Below the pieces are notes generated by a model. It saw only the letters and a program-made list of their open reading frames with translations. It was not told the DNA's origin and searched no databases. From NCBI GenBank assembly GCA_000708835.1, contig DF237099.1, forward strand, positions 8,358 through 72,357: 64,000 nucleotides of DNA. The letters run 5' to 3'. This document shows positions 25,196 through 37,501 of the stretch, piece after piece. Position 1 is the stretch's first letter. Every line of letters begins with the position of its first letter. This stretch comes from Klebsormidium nitens. Taxonomy: Eukaryota > Plantae > Klebsormidiophyceae. The position numbers and the translations under genes are program-made.

Positions 25196-25494
25196 TGATA
25201 GGGTTGTTACATTAGAGATTTTGCGATCGAAAAACGGCCCGAGACCCATCAGCCGGACCTCCGGCTGACCTCAGCCTGAAAGAAATCTTGATCGGGTTGC
25301 CCACAACCCGATGCCCCTCAGGTCGGGCACTTTACGACCCGACCCGACATTTGCCCGAGCCCCCGACCCAAATCGGGGCCTCCGGCAGCCGCAAAATTTT
25401 GGCAATGTAACCAATAGGCCATTTGCCCGAGCCTGATCGGGCTCGGGCCGTCCCGGTTGGAGACTTTTCTCGCTCAAGTGTAACAACCCTATCA
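25196..25494. mobile_element. MITE-like element (~300 nt) with hAT-like TAGGG termini
   Basis: Perfect 16-nt inverted termini TGATAGGGTTGTTACA (25196-25211) / TGTAACAACCCTATCA (25479-25494). Many internal CCCGA/TCGGG motifs. No 8-bp target-site duplication is visible, so the superfamily is uncertain. Confidence 0.7.
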
Positions 25495-25758
25495 GCCTGA
25501 GACTTTGAGAGGTACCAAATTGTGCAGGGACCCTTCATCATCACTGTTTCTTCATGACATCAGACTTGCGAACAGGTATCTCGACTCTTCCGTCCATCCG
25601 TCGTGCGGTCGGTTGGCGGAAGCGGTTTGCCGGATTCCGCTCGTTCCGGGTCGGGAACAGGACTCATGAAGTGGAGGGACGGAACCAATTTTCCAGCGCC
25701 CCTCGGCCTCGCATTATATAATAAGCGTATATGTATTGTATTGTATTGTATATGTATA

Positions 25759-25904
25759 GGTTATCCAACGAGTGCGAGAGAATATCGAAGTTTCGCGTCG
25801 AACGAGAGCGGATATTCCACGAGGGCCTCCGAGGCCCGAGTGGAATATGAAGCTCGAGTTTGACGCGAAATCTTCGCTATGCTCGAGCACGAGTGAGGGT
25901 AACC
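25759..25904. repeat. Long imperfect fold-back (palindrome), ~120-146 nt
   Basis: Nested arms centred on 25830: GGGCCTC/GAGGCCC, ATATTCCAC/GTGGAATAT, GAGC/GCTC, TTTCGCGTC/GACGCGAAA, CGAAG/CTTCG, GTGC/GCAC, GGTTATCC/GGGTAACC. Confidence 0.8.
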
Positions 25905-25958
25905 GACTTATCGCACGACCGGACTCTGATGCATCGTCGAACCTGGTAAGGGTCTAGC

Positions 25959-25988
25959 GTTTATTCAACGGCTGAGCGTTGAATAAAC
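25959..25988. repeat. Perfect 12-bp-stem hairpin
   Basis: GTTTATTCAACG-gctgag-CGTTGAATAAAC. Confidence 0.8.
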
Positions 25989-27766
25989 ATATATATTCAC
26001 CGCTGGGGTCGCCAACGAAATTCGACGCCGAAACTTTCCTAATACTCAACGCCGAAATGGCTGAGCGCAAAAACCGGTCGTGGGATAAGTAGTACCGGGC
26101 CGCGCATCTGCATACCTCTGTTTATATATTTTCCAGAACAGGATTCAGCATTTATTTCCGGTATTGGAAAAAGCGAAGTCCGACCTGAGTCCGACTGCTA
26201 ATATCCTGAGTTTCAAATTTTCCGAGGGCAAATGAATATATGTTTATTTGGAATCATACCTTGATCGTACGGGTATTATTCCTGCTGACATCACGAAACG
26301 GGTGTTTTCAATTCGCTGCGAGAGAACATTCCTAGCTCTTCTTGCTGGAGACATTCGATTGTTCAACCTGTCAGGATTCGACGGACGCTAAGTAAGTGCC
26401 GTTGGTACTCGCAACCGGCTTTCCGTTCAGCCTTTCCGGTATCGACTATCATTCTGCGCTTTGCGGAGGAGCTCGCCGCTCTCCATTCCCTAGCTTTGCA
26501 CTCTGGTTTGCGCCGCAAGTCGGTTAAACATGATTTACAGTCGAGCGCTGGAGCCTGGCTGCGTACCTGATGCGGTGTCTCAGGAGTTGACGGTGCCGTA
26601 CCTGTACCGTTATCGACGACCGAGCGTGCCTCCTGGTGCCTCCCGACTCCCGAGTCCCTTCGCACATCGACGATTCTGAGGGGCGCGGCACGCAGACTCC
26701 GGAGGCAATGCGGAAGCTGGAATTGTACGGAGTTGACCCTTCAAGTCATCTTCAGAAAACATGAATTCATGAACATGAGCATTGTCAACTCTGGCTCGGA
26801 TATGGCTTCGTGAAGTTTGGCTCCTCGGGAGTCGGGCTGGCCAGCGCATTGATTGGCAAACATGTTGCACATTAGTGATGACCAGCTTCTATATCATGTC
26901 AGCACTTCCTGATGGTTGTCATCAAAATCAAGTTTGATTCACCTGAACTGGTAAGTTTTGGACAACAGAAGTAGGCTCCTCCTGCAATGTGGAGCATTCT
27001 TGCATTGATCCCAACTTCGCTTTCATTCCAATCTCATTTTGTCAATCTGAGTCACTCCGATTTGTCATTTATGTCCTCTCGCCATGGCATGGGCTGCTCC
27101 TAAGCTCCTAGTGAACCAACAGCAACATGTCCGATGGATGAAATTCTGGACGCATCCTTTCAAAATTTAAGTAAAACGGCCACGACCTTCAAACTTGATT
27201 GAGTCCACCGCTCTCAGCTTGTGGTGAGCCTCGAGCCAGTGAGAAAAGACGTCCTTCCGTGCCTAGCTTGTATCGGATGTCGGCTTTGCTGATTCGTCAT
27301 TTAAGACCATGATATGCGAACCCTCCAAACATGGGCAAACGGGTGGCAAAGATTGCAAAAGTACAGCCGTGTACAGGTGCACCTGGTTGAACACATGTTT
27401 GAGTATCTTGTCAGAACGTAGCTGCTGAGTGATCGATCAAGGGAAGTTCGACCATGCACGGTACAGTTTTGATCACTTTACCAAAATGGAAGCTTCTATT
27501 CTGTGAGTTATGTATGTAGGACAGTAATTAGTAAGCTCTGGTAACTAGAGGAACGAGCCTGAAGCGCGAGCACTACAGTAAGTATTAACCTAGGGCCATC
27601 ATCAGTACATGAATTTTGTCGAATAGATGCAAACGGATCTTCGTGACTATAACTATCTAACGTTACGGCCTCATCTAGCTTTACATCCTACCTTAAGCAT
27701 TTTGACTTTGAACACGCGCCGGTCTTTATAAAGAGCCGAAGCGCAACACGCTCTATCTGAAAGAAC

Positions 27767-30700
27767 TCAACACAAAGTGTCCACTACTCCCACGTCGTTT
27801 GGCTGTGCATCGGTCTCCCTTCCGGTGTCCTCGATCCTGTCCTGGCAGTTCTCAGCAAACGTCACGCGCTTCGGACGAATCTTCGAGTCTGTCGAAGAAG
27901 ACGAGGGCCGAGGCCACGAGCCCCCTACACATTTCGACGGCAGAGCATTATTAAACACAAGACATAACGCGCCGTACACGTCGAAAGCATTTTCACGAGT
28001 TTCAGACCTGGAGACCATGGCAGCGTCGAAAGCTTGCGCTCGATTGCACAAGCTGAGTGCCCTCTGCTCAGGACTGTAATTCAGGCTCGTTCTGAGCAAG
28101 TCAAAGATCGTCGGCTTAGGCTTGAAACTTCAAAGTGCCCATCAAAAGGCCCTCTCTTTATCGGCCCTTCTCTCCGATTAGCTGGTATGATGGCCATGCT
28201 CCATTTGCTGTAAGGCCCAAGAAGGGAGGGCTAGCAGTAGTCAAAAAATTCCCTCAAAAAGAGTGTGCCACTCGGGTTCCTGGCTGCGAATTGAACATTA
28301 GCAGCAAAGCTACTTCGTTTCATTTTCGTGGCACGCACACAATGAAGGTTGTTGCGTGGTTTCAAACTTTCGCAACCACCCCGCTTTACCGGGCTCGTCC
28401 TGATGCAAAATATTCAGCACGAGCTCACCAGCGGTCGGTTCCCATTCCCCGGGCTGAATGTCGCCCATGTACTGGCTCATGCTTGAGTTGCTTCGTTGCT
28501 CGTCCCCGTCCGGAAAGCTTCCGCTGACATCGCTAGTCTCACGGACAAATCCTGCAGATTTGGAAAGTCGAGATCAACTCGGCACGAGATTTCCACAGAG
28601 TCTTCTTTGCATCTGAGGAGGCTCTCAGATGAAGCGGTTCATTGCGGTCACGGATGATTCTCAAGGAAGCGGTCCTCTTTTCTGACGACTGCTCGTTGAT
28701 GCCGTCCCGTCACAAACGTCGTCAAGCGTCTCTCTTAAGAAGGGTGCGGAAACAATCTGCTTTTAAAATCCCGCTTTTGCCGGTTTGCAAATTCAATCCG
28801 GGTGTTGGTAAGAGGATACTCGCGTCCTTTCTTCGACAGCCTCAAAGTGGTTGTCTGCCGGCTTGGACGAACTGTCATCTGTAAGAACGGAAGGACGGAG
28901 AACATGGACTCCAAGGCGATTGTAGAGACCACTCCTAACTGTAACCCTCTCGGATCGACGGTCTGGATTGACGAATCCGCAAATCTTGACCGTCGATCGA
29001 AGAATTATAGTGAAAGGGGGTACCCAGGGAGTCCGCCATCCGTTCTGTCAGGTTCCTGGGACGGACTTTAGGGTTCACGTTCTGCGGCTCTCCTTACCCT
29101 CAGCGGCGGCCTTTCTCCGCTCCTTTTCCCGCTGGCTCTTTGCCAGCTGGCGCCGCGCGAAAGCCGCGGCCGCGGCGCGCTCCCTCACCAGCTTGAGCGC
29201 CATCCAGTCCCGCCGGACGCCCGAGCGCGGCAGGCGGGCCGCGACGGCCGCGCTACACAATGGAGTTTTGGCAGGGGTTTAGCAGGGGCTTAGGATCCGG
29301 AACACTGCGTTATTATTGTTTTTCATGCAAAGACTTGCAAGGAGCTTGAGCACTTCTCATTCAGGAGTGATTTAAACGCAGCCAACAGTGGCGAATTGGC
29401 GTTCGGATCACGTTGTACGGGCGGAGCTTTCGTGCGCCAAAGCAGGAAGCACTCGCGCCTTTCTGTAGCTTCCGTGTTAGTGATGAAGGGAAACAGTGAC
29501 AGAAATGGATGAAAAGAGGGAAGAAGGGCCTGAGTACTTGATTGAAAGGGGGACGACGAGAAGTTAAAAGGTCCCGTGAGCGACAAAAGCGAAGCGGCAG
29601 AACATGCAATATGGAGTGCAGCTTAAGGAGAGAGAGTGTACCAATTCGCGGGTGGGAGAAGATATACTAATGGAAGGAAGCGAAAGGCTCACCCTTTCCG
29701 GCGTGCCGCAAAGAAGGACGGCGTGACGGGGTCCTCCTCCATCTCGTCGGCGATCTTGGCGGCCCGGCGTTCCGTCTCGAGGTCAAACGCCTGGTCGCGA
29801 GACAGAAAGAACCACTTAAATAAGAGGCGCGTAAAGAGGTATTTACTTCAATCAGAAATTTTTGGTTGAAAAGAGGGGTTGGGGGCGAGAAGAGAACAGC
29901 GTTAACGCAGCGAGGAATTCCGTAGTACAGCTTTAGAAAGCGTGGATTTGACGCGATGTACGTAACGATCAAGGCCCTCTGTGCTACTTATGCAGTACAG
30001 TGACGTGGCATGGTGAATCTATGCAACTCTCTTGAGATACTAGCAAAAGGTTTTCGGAGACCACGCGACCAAAAAGGAAGTCGGCTAAGCCTACTTTGAG
30101 TGCTCCGATCATCAAAGGAAGGTTGGAATTGTGCCAACCGCGTTGCGGGGAATTCTCAACTAAGCTCAACGAGATGCGGACGAACGCCCACGCTTTTCCA
30201 TACACCAGATCTTACCTCTGTTCACACGTCCTATTCTAGAAGAGAAGTTCCCACCCAAGCAGTCGCAAGGGACCTGTTCATGGCGTTGAACTCCTTTTCC
30301 TTCTGGAGTTGACCAACCCGGACTTCTTCCTCCCATTCTTTTTGCGTTTCTATCCTCTACCTTCAAGCCTATCTTCTTTTCCATCTTCTGTCGATCCTGA
30401 ATCGAACTTTCCGACTAGATCGACTTTCTGGAAACACGAGCTCGCCGGAAGTACAACAAACGCCTTAAGCCTACCTGAGCCACGGTCTTCTCCTTCCGAA
30501 ACACTCCTCCTTCGGCCTTCTCGTCCGTGTCAAAATCCACCCCCTCGAACTCTTCCAGGGGGGCTCCCTCCGTGCTTTTTATGACCCCTCTCAGCGCAGC
30601 CGCAGTCAGATAGCTGATCTTCTTCGGCGACCGCAGGGGCCGCTTCGCGATGCCGCGGCTCCGCAACGCGCGGCCGGAAGGCGAAGACGCCTTCGGAAGG

Positions 30701-33700
30701 TACTCTCGCTCGAGGAGCTGCGGAGGTGACATCAGCGGGCGTGAGAAAGCTGAAGATGACGTCGCTCAAACAAGCATCACTCATTCGAACGCACTCAATT
30801 CATTCGGGCGCACTCGAGACTATTGCCGACGACATTCCTTGAGGGGTATACTCGAGACTATTGCCGACGACATTCTGGAGGGGTATAACAATCCCTCCTT
30901 TAGGTGGGAGCTCGCCAATCTCGACCGAAAGCTAATCACTCACCGACTTATTCCGGCGTATCTTGACTTGCAACCCGACCAACGGCCGCGCCTCCCAGCT
31001 TCCCGCATCAATTTGCACCGTGCTCTTCCACGCCCGCTCGAGGCCGGATTCCGTCCGTTCCGGCGGAACGAGCCCCAAGCTCCGCTGCTTCCGCAACAGC
31101 CACGCCGGCGGCGAGCTCGGCTCGTCGCTTTGAGTGTTCGCCACTTCCAGGGACTCCTCCGACACCAGAACCACGCCGTTACCGGAACCATTTCCGGCCC
31201 GGAATCCGTTTCCGTCCCGGTTCCGCGCGACGATCCCTTGGTACGCGGCGTCGAGGCTCCGCGGCCGCTCCGTCTCGCTGTCGCTGTCGCCCTCCGTCAC
31301 GCTCCCGTCACACGAGGCGCGCGCGGCCGCGGGCGCGCTGGGGTGAATCGGCCTCGCGTCGTCCCCCGGGGTTTGGGGGTTTAGCACCTCCGGCATGTAT
31401 TCGTCGTCACTACTACTGCGATCCGTGGCCTCGGCCGCCGGCGCCTGGGCCGGGTTTCCGTTGTCGCTGAGCCGCAGTTTCTTCACGAGGAAGCTCGGGA
31501 GCGAGTCGATGCGGGTCAGCGTGTTGCTCATGTCTGCAAAAGCAAGATTAGATTGTTGAAGAAACATCCATCGCGCATGCCTGATCGGGTTTAGCTCAAA
31601 AGTAGATGCTTCCTGATCCCGATGCGGATATTTCAATGTCTTGTCAGAAAAGAAGAAAACATGACACCGAGATCGTAGAGCTGAAACCCAGGGGTTCGCC
31701 AGCTCGAGTCGTCAGACTTCAGACTGCGAATTCGTTCCGCCGAAAGCAGCCACCGTGCGCCGGTTAGCGGACAGTGTCAGAGCAGGTTCGCAGGGAAGCG
31801 TTCAGCAAGACCAACGATTATTTCGGGGGTTGCTTACACTTGGCGTTTAGCTTCTCGAACTCGCTCAGCGGCCGCCCGTCCAACGCGAGCTCGTTCCGCT
31901 CCGGAGCAACGGCGCTGTCTGCACGGAACCGGAAAAGTGCAATCAGGTTCCTAGCCGGAGAGCCCTGCTGCCAGAACCGTCATTGAAGATCTAGCAGGCT
32001 GTTCGGATGGCAACAAAAGGAGGCGCGCCGATCTCAACGCAAGCTGCCGCCTCTAAATTTCAAGCGTGGGGTTGCCGGTGAGAAGCCGGTTGCAATTCGG
32101 TTTTGATTTTGAAGAAAACGACGATGGGATGGGCAGACTGCTGCAGAAGTGCATTCTAGGGTCGATAAAACCAAGAATTTTAGGCGTCGAAGCGCCAACC
32201 GCTTCGCACCTGCTAGGAGGCGTTCGATCTTGTCCAGTGTGGCGATGAGGTGCTCCGCCCCCTCCCGACATTCCGTGGTGTCAATTGCCAGCTTCACGCC
32301 GTGCACTGCACAATATAAAGAATGTGGTCAGCATAGAAGACAAGGGCTGACACAACATCGTGAACAGGCAGGAACTGCCATCGACCGGGTTGCAGAACGG
32401 GGAAAAATCAGAGTGACTGAACGGATTGCTTCAAGTCGTGCACTGAAGTTAGGAAGTTGAATCTAGAAGCGCCCCACCCTTTTTCCGATAGGGCGGAAAC
32501 ACGTGTCCTCCACCCAGCTGATCCATCCCGCGTCAGGCACGCAGCAGCACAGCTTTCACCTCAGCCGAGGATATGCAAAGTGGCCTGTAACCCCGAGCCG
32601 GCTTCAGGGGGACGCGTTACCTGAGTAGCAGATGGAGGGGGCGACCGCGGACTCTGGCTGACACACCGGGAGCACTAGCCGGTAGAGTGTAAAACTTCTT
32701 CACAATGTCATGTAACGCTGAGCCTGCTTCAGGAACACGCGTTACCTGAGTAGCAGATGGAGCGCGCGACCGCGGCCTCCGGCTGGCACACCGGGAGCAT
32801 TTGCTCCATAAAGTCGAGAACCCACTCCATCACCAGCAGGCCGTCCTCCAGGCCCGCGCTCGCGCGCGCGTGGCCCTGACCTGCGCGCGCAAGGGGAGAA
32901 ACCGGTGTGAATGCGCCCCGACTGGTTTATGTAGAAAATAGTGGCAGTGCAAAAGGAATGCTTGGCGCGAAAGAAGTGCCCTTTCGGCCCTCTACTGAGA
33001 CGGTAAGGCGTGCCTCCAAACCTTCCTTCTCTACGTCCGGGTTAGGGTCCAACATTTTCAAATGGGGTTTGCCTGATCCGTATGACTCGAGTCGTGAAGA
33101 ATTGTCCAACTCAGATTTGGCATACTAAACGAGTGAAGCGCATGCGACAGGTGGGAAAAGGCGTGAATTTGGGACAGCTCACTCAGGCGATTGCTCAAGA
33201 GAATGTAGAGCTGGCCCCGCTCCTTTGCCCCCGCCACTCGAGCCTGAAAAGCACCAAAACCTTCGGTAAACAGTCTATCGGAAGAAGCAATCGTCTGAGC
33301 ACCTCATCTTTATATAAACTCCAACGGACGTTTCACATGACGTGGTCAGTAACAGGGAGAGAAAAGAAGGTGGATGACGTCAGCAGCTGGCGTGAGTTGT
33401 CCGACGCACCCTCTGAACGAGAGTCGAGCAGACCACCCGCGAAAAGCCAACGAGAGCAAAAGTAATTCAAGGAGCCAAGCGAAAGCATCAGAGGCCTTAT
33501 GGGGGTAACCCCTTGCTCGATCGGGAAGCGGTTCCGGCTGCTAACCTGCAGCTGCGCAACCTCTAGCGGGTCTGGCGCCCGGAACGGGAAGGTGTCCACC
33601 CGCCGCAGCGACTGCTCCGCGGCGGCGGCCAGAGGGACGACGTTCTGAGCGCTCTTCTTCTTTTGCTCGAGCCGCCCCGCGCGGACGTCCGCGTACCTGC

Positions 33701-36700
33701 GAAAAGGCAAAAGGCGCTTCTGAAAAGTGGATGACCTAGCGCATTCTTCGTAGGGGTCATCCCCCTGGATCACTTTAATCGAGGAATTCCACCTAGACTT
33801 CAATCGTCGATCGATCCTGACATATCAGCTCAACCGGTCCGCCAGATTTGTTCAACATAACCCTCAATCAACTTAGCTTAAGACGGAAGTAGAACGCGCC
33901 GCTGGGATTGCAGCGGGAAATCTCTCAGTTTGATTAAGCAACAATCTGACAAGATCTGCATCCAACGGCCAGTTCGAAGGCAGGAACCAATGCCGATATG
34001 ATATAAGCTATTGAGACATCACTTCGGATCAGTAATCCATCCAAAGGGTCGAGTGCGTCCAGCACAAAACCGTCTGAGTCCAAAATACCGTTTCTAAGAA
34101 CATACCGGTCGAGTTGCAGAACCGACACCACGCCAATCTTCGCCTGAGCCTCCACAAAGACGTCGAGGTCCCCGTTAGCTTGCTGACAGGACAGAAAGAA
34201 AAGCATGATTAACGCCGCGTCTGAAGATGCTTTCTCACTCTGCCTAGTCGCTTTCTCGATGTTTTGCTTGAGTTTTGAACTGAGACGTTGAGACGCGTCC
34301 GTTTCTTTTTGTTGTCCTCGCGTCCCATTCTCGGGTCATCCTCGGAAAGATTCTTCGCAAGCGAGACTACCTGTATCGGCCTCAAGATCATGCGGGCTTC
34401 GGAAAGTAGAACGACGGCGGACCGTTTCGAGCAAGGTCTTCGTTCTGGATGTTGGACCTAACTTTGTCACTACAGCCTTCCGACTCGCATGGAATTCTTC
34501 CCCTCGAGCAAGCTTCAGGGGCCTCGTGCTCCGTCTTCTTTAGATCTTCGAGCTCATCCTTACATCTATCTGCCTTACCTTGTTACGAAACAACGGCTGG
34601 TGTATTCCCAACACGTCTCACGCGAATTTCTTCCTACTCGTCATGTACGAAACGCTTCACAGTCGTTCGTTCGCACTTCATTCAACCAGGTAAAATGTAC
34701 ACACAGAACTCCACTTACAAAGCCCCTGACGGGTTCAATCAGATACACCGAGTTGCAACCGTCGCTTTGCCAACAGGCGTTTTGCACTACCTGCTCGGCA
34801 GATTCTCACAGTGGACAACACCTCCGTGAGAAAGATTTCAGTGGCGCCTCACCCCTTCTCGTCCGGTGATCCGCCCCATGAATCGTTCTCGGACGTCCGC
34901 AAAGGCGAGCTTCACCAACGCCGGCAACGGGCACATCTCCAGTACCGTCCGGAGGGCGCCACGTGGCTCAGCGTCGAGCGCCTCTTGCCCCAGGCATTTG
35001 ACGACGGCGAAAAGGCGGAGACGGTCGGCCTCCTGGTCGGGCTTCTGAAGAGGGTGACGCCAGCAGTGCGTCAGCATCGGCTGATGATACGATTGCCCCC
35101 GCGGCTAAGGATATGCCCTCAGTGACTTTGAAGTCGTGTAGACACTTGACTTCAAAGTCGAGAGACAGCTTGTCTAAAAGAATCGAGCTTGCAAGTTCGG
35201 CACCATGTGTGGCTTCGAGCCACACGGACATGTCGACGATCTGAATGGAAAAGCTTCGGAAAACGAAGGAGAGCAATTGCGCAACTTTTGGCGGATTCTT
35301 GCGAGGGTCCACAAGGATTCAAAGCAAGCCGTTTAGCACCAACCAACGGTCCGTGCTGGTTCAGATCTTCGGGCGACAAAGAGCAACTCCCAACAACAGA
35401 ACACTTGCGCAGAAATGCAGCTCACAATCTCAGCAATCTCAACAAACTTCAGGAACGAAAGAGGAGTCGAGCAGAACAGCTTTCAGCAGATGAGCTGAAA
35501 GCTCACCTCCAGGGGGTACTCGGCCCAAGCCCCGTGCAACCATCGCAAGCTCTCCACCGCAAAAGCGTCCAACTCTCCACTCTCCAAGGCAGTCCCGTTC
35601 GCAACCGACCACTTCAACGCTGCGCCCCTTGCGCTCTGAGAGCTGACGCCAACGTCACTGGTCACTGATGGACGGCACGTGTGGAACGCCTCGCTGGCGT
35701 CATCATCGCTCATGTCGTCATCCTCGTCGCTTGATTCGTGTGAGTGGGCTGGAGCCTGGCCATCGGTGCTTGCCTTGATCGTGCGCAGGACAATCTGCAC
35801 AATTGGCGGGAAATGGGTGTCACGACTGAAGTTTCAGTGTTTTTCTGCTCGAAAACGACTCTCTTTTCTCTTCGCAAACAGGGGGGGTGTCTGTCTCGTT
35901 CTTTGGACTTTATCAAGATTGACAGTGTCTGTTCTTCCACCAGCCTTAGAGCAATGTTGTGGTTGCTCAGGGTAACCTTCGTAAACTGCTCTTGGCCAGA
36001 ATGGTCCACGTATGGTCACCAAATCTGTCATTCCAAAGGCTGTTGTTCCAAACGTTCTCAACTATCCAATGAGCTTTTAAGAGCGAAATTCGAATAAGCT
36101 CATCAGGGCTATGGATCCGCTTTCAATGCAGGAAAGCTCGGGCTCAGCTCGTTAAGTGCAGCATGATGATACACCACTCTAAAAGGCCAAAATCATCCTG
36201 AAAGCTTCTCTCTTGAAGTTCACTGCTCAAGTCTAGCTGAGCTGAAGCTTGACTTCGATCTCCAAAGAATGGCTTTCTAAGTGTCTTTATGCACAATCTG
36301 CTCTCGTCCTACACCGGTTCGAAAGCTCACTCAGGTCGTGTTGAGCCAGGCATGGAGTTGTTGTGTGCACCATGGTCTTGCAGACTTTAAGACCTGTTGG
36401 AGTCAAGTAGAGCCAACTCACTTTTCTGTGGTTCCCCTCAGTCTTGAATAATGTAGAAGGCATTGCTCACCTCACACCAGACGGCATAAGTGAGAGCCCT
36501 GGCATTGCCCCCCCTCAGTAACCATTCTTGCACCACCGCAGCTGCGCTGGATGCCTGGAAGACAAGCATAAGGTCACATCAGCTCTTGTTGACTGTTGGG
36601 CAAAGGGTTAGCCTAACATGGCTTTGACCAACTGCAACATAAAAAGGGCATGTGTATGCGGACCTGCGGGCTGAATGGACGGTAAGAACAGAAGGCCAGA

Positions 36701-37185
36701 GCATGAAAAGTTGAAAAAGGCTGGTTCATCATACTTCAGATAGATTCTGGAGATGGGGGCCCCGCCCAGTGGACAGTCTCAGCATCACCATCAATGTTGC
36801 TACCAATTTGGTCCCCCTCACTTACAGATCTGTCCTGACTTCAATCTAGTATCCATACACAATGTATCTTTGCCGCCCCCACAAGGATGCTTCCCCCTTG
36901 CAAAGCCTCTCACCCCGTTTTTGAGTGCCCTGCAGTCGGTCCTGGCATGACATACTTGATTGTTCAGGCCTAATGCACGACAGTTTCATTTACTGCAGGC
37001 ATTGAAACAAACCTCAACCTTACCTGAACCTTCCCAGTGTGATCTTTCTGCAAGCCCTTGGCCAATCTGCCCCACAATGTGCCTACAATCTGCTCCTCAA
37101 GAGTTGCATCCCCCAGCCACAGTGGTCGACTGAGCCCCTCTTTGAGAAGCATCTCGCTTCTGGACTCGCTGTGGGGACTCTTCAT
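27767..37185 (-). CDS. Hypothetical multi-exon protein (800-887 aa), no family recognised. Exons 37024-37185, 36471-36554, 35507-35794, 34853-35044, 34106-34182, 33546-33696, 33183-33243, 32746-32880, 31838-31918, 30944-31533, 30475-30717, 29693-29790, 29098-29252, then either 28793-28878 (stop) or 28429-28551 + 28008-28073 + 27767-27924
   Basis: Thirteen consecutive exons join in phase through GT-AG sites with no stops; the internal exons are GC3-rich. Examples: ...TYAVWCE-IVLRTIK..., ...VLQLDR-YADVRAGRLEQ...FPFRAPDPLEVAQLQ-ARVAGAKERGQLYILLSNRL-SQGHARASAGLEDGLLVMEW... Both gene ends are less certain. Confidence 0.8.
30812..30886. repeat. ~38-nt tandem duplication in an intron
   Basis: ACTCGAGACTATTGCCGACGACATTC...GAGGGGTATA twice (30812 and 30850). 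Confidence 0.8.
32612..32674 (-). repeat. Intronic copy of the last 54 nt of exon 32746-32880 plus its GTAACG donor
   Basis: Minus strand: GGCTAG|TGCTCCCGGTGTGTCAGCCAGAGTCCGCGGTCGCCCCCTCCATCTGCTACTCAG|GTAACGCGT versus the real exon end TGCTCCCGGTGTGCCAGCCGGAGGCCGCGGTCGCGCGCTCCATCTGCTACTCAG|GTAACGCGT. Confidence 0.88.
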
Positions 37186-37501
37186 CCTTGCTGCCTGGAA
37201 TTCCGGCCAGGAAGTACCCTGCTGAAATTATCTTCTTCTATTTCTGTCTCCAGCATTGAATCTGATGGCATTCGAATTGCTGATTGACCCCCTGATTCCT
37301 TTTGGCAGGGCGTCAGATCAAAAACAGCATACCATTCCAAGCGGATTGACTGATCTTCACCATTCCAAATGCATCACCTGCTTCAAGAGAGGTCCTCATG
37401 ACTTTCTGAGGAAGCCCCACGGATCCGCATTGCAATCTGCATGCAGAGCAATGTCAGCATTGCGTCGGAAACGAGTGCATTCCTTTCATGCTGAGCGAAG
37501 C

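Noticed and set aside
25953-25990. Helitron 3' end (hairpin next to CTAG on the minus strand)
   Set aside because: The hairpin abuts CTAG without the usual spacer, the next base is not T, and no 5' TC end can be identified.
28810-28825. U12-type donor-like GTATCCTCTT on the minus strand
   Set aside because: It mismatches the GTATCCTT consensus, and I found no branch point plus acceptor that restores an open frame.
2390-33390. Scattered TGACGTCA palindromes as bZIP sites
   Set aside because: About six copies in mixed intronic and exonic positions with no clustering near starts; not distinguishable from background by eye.
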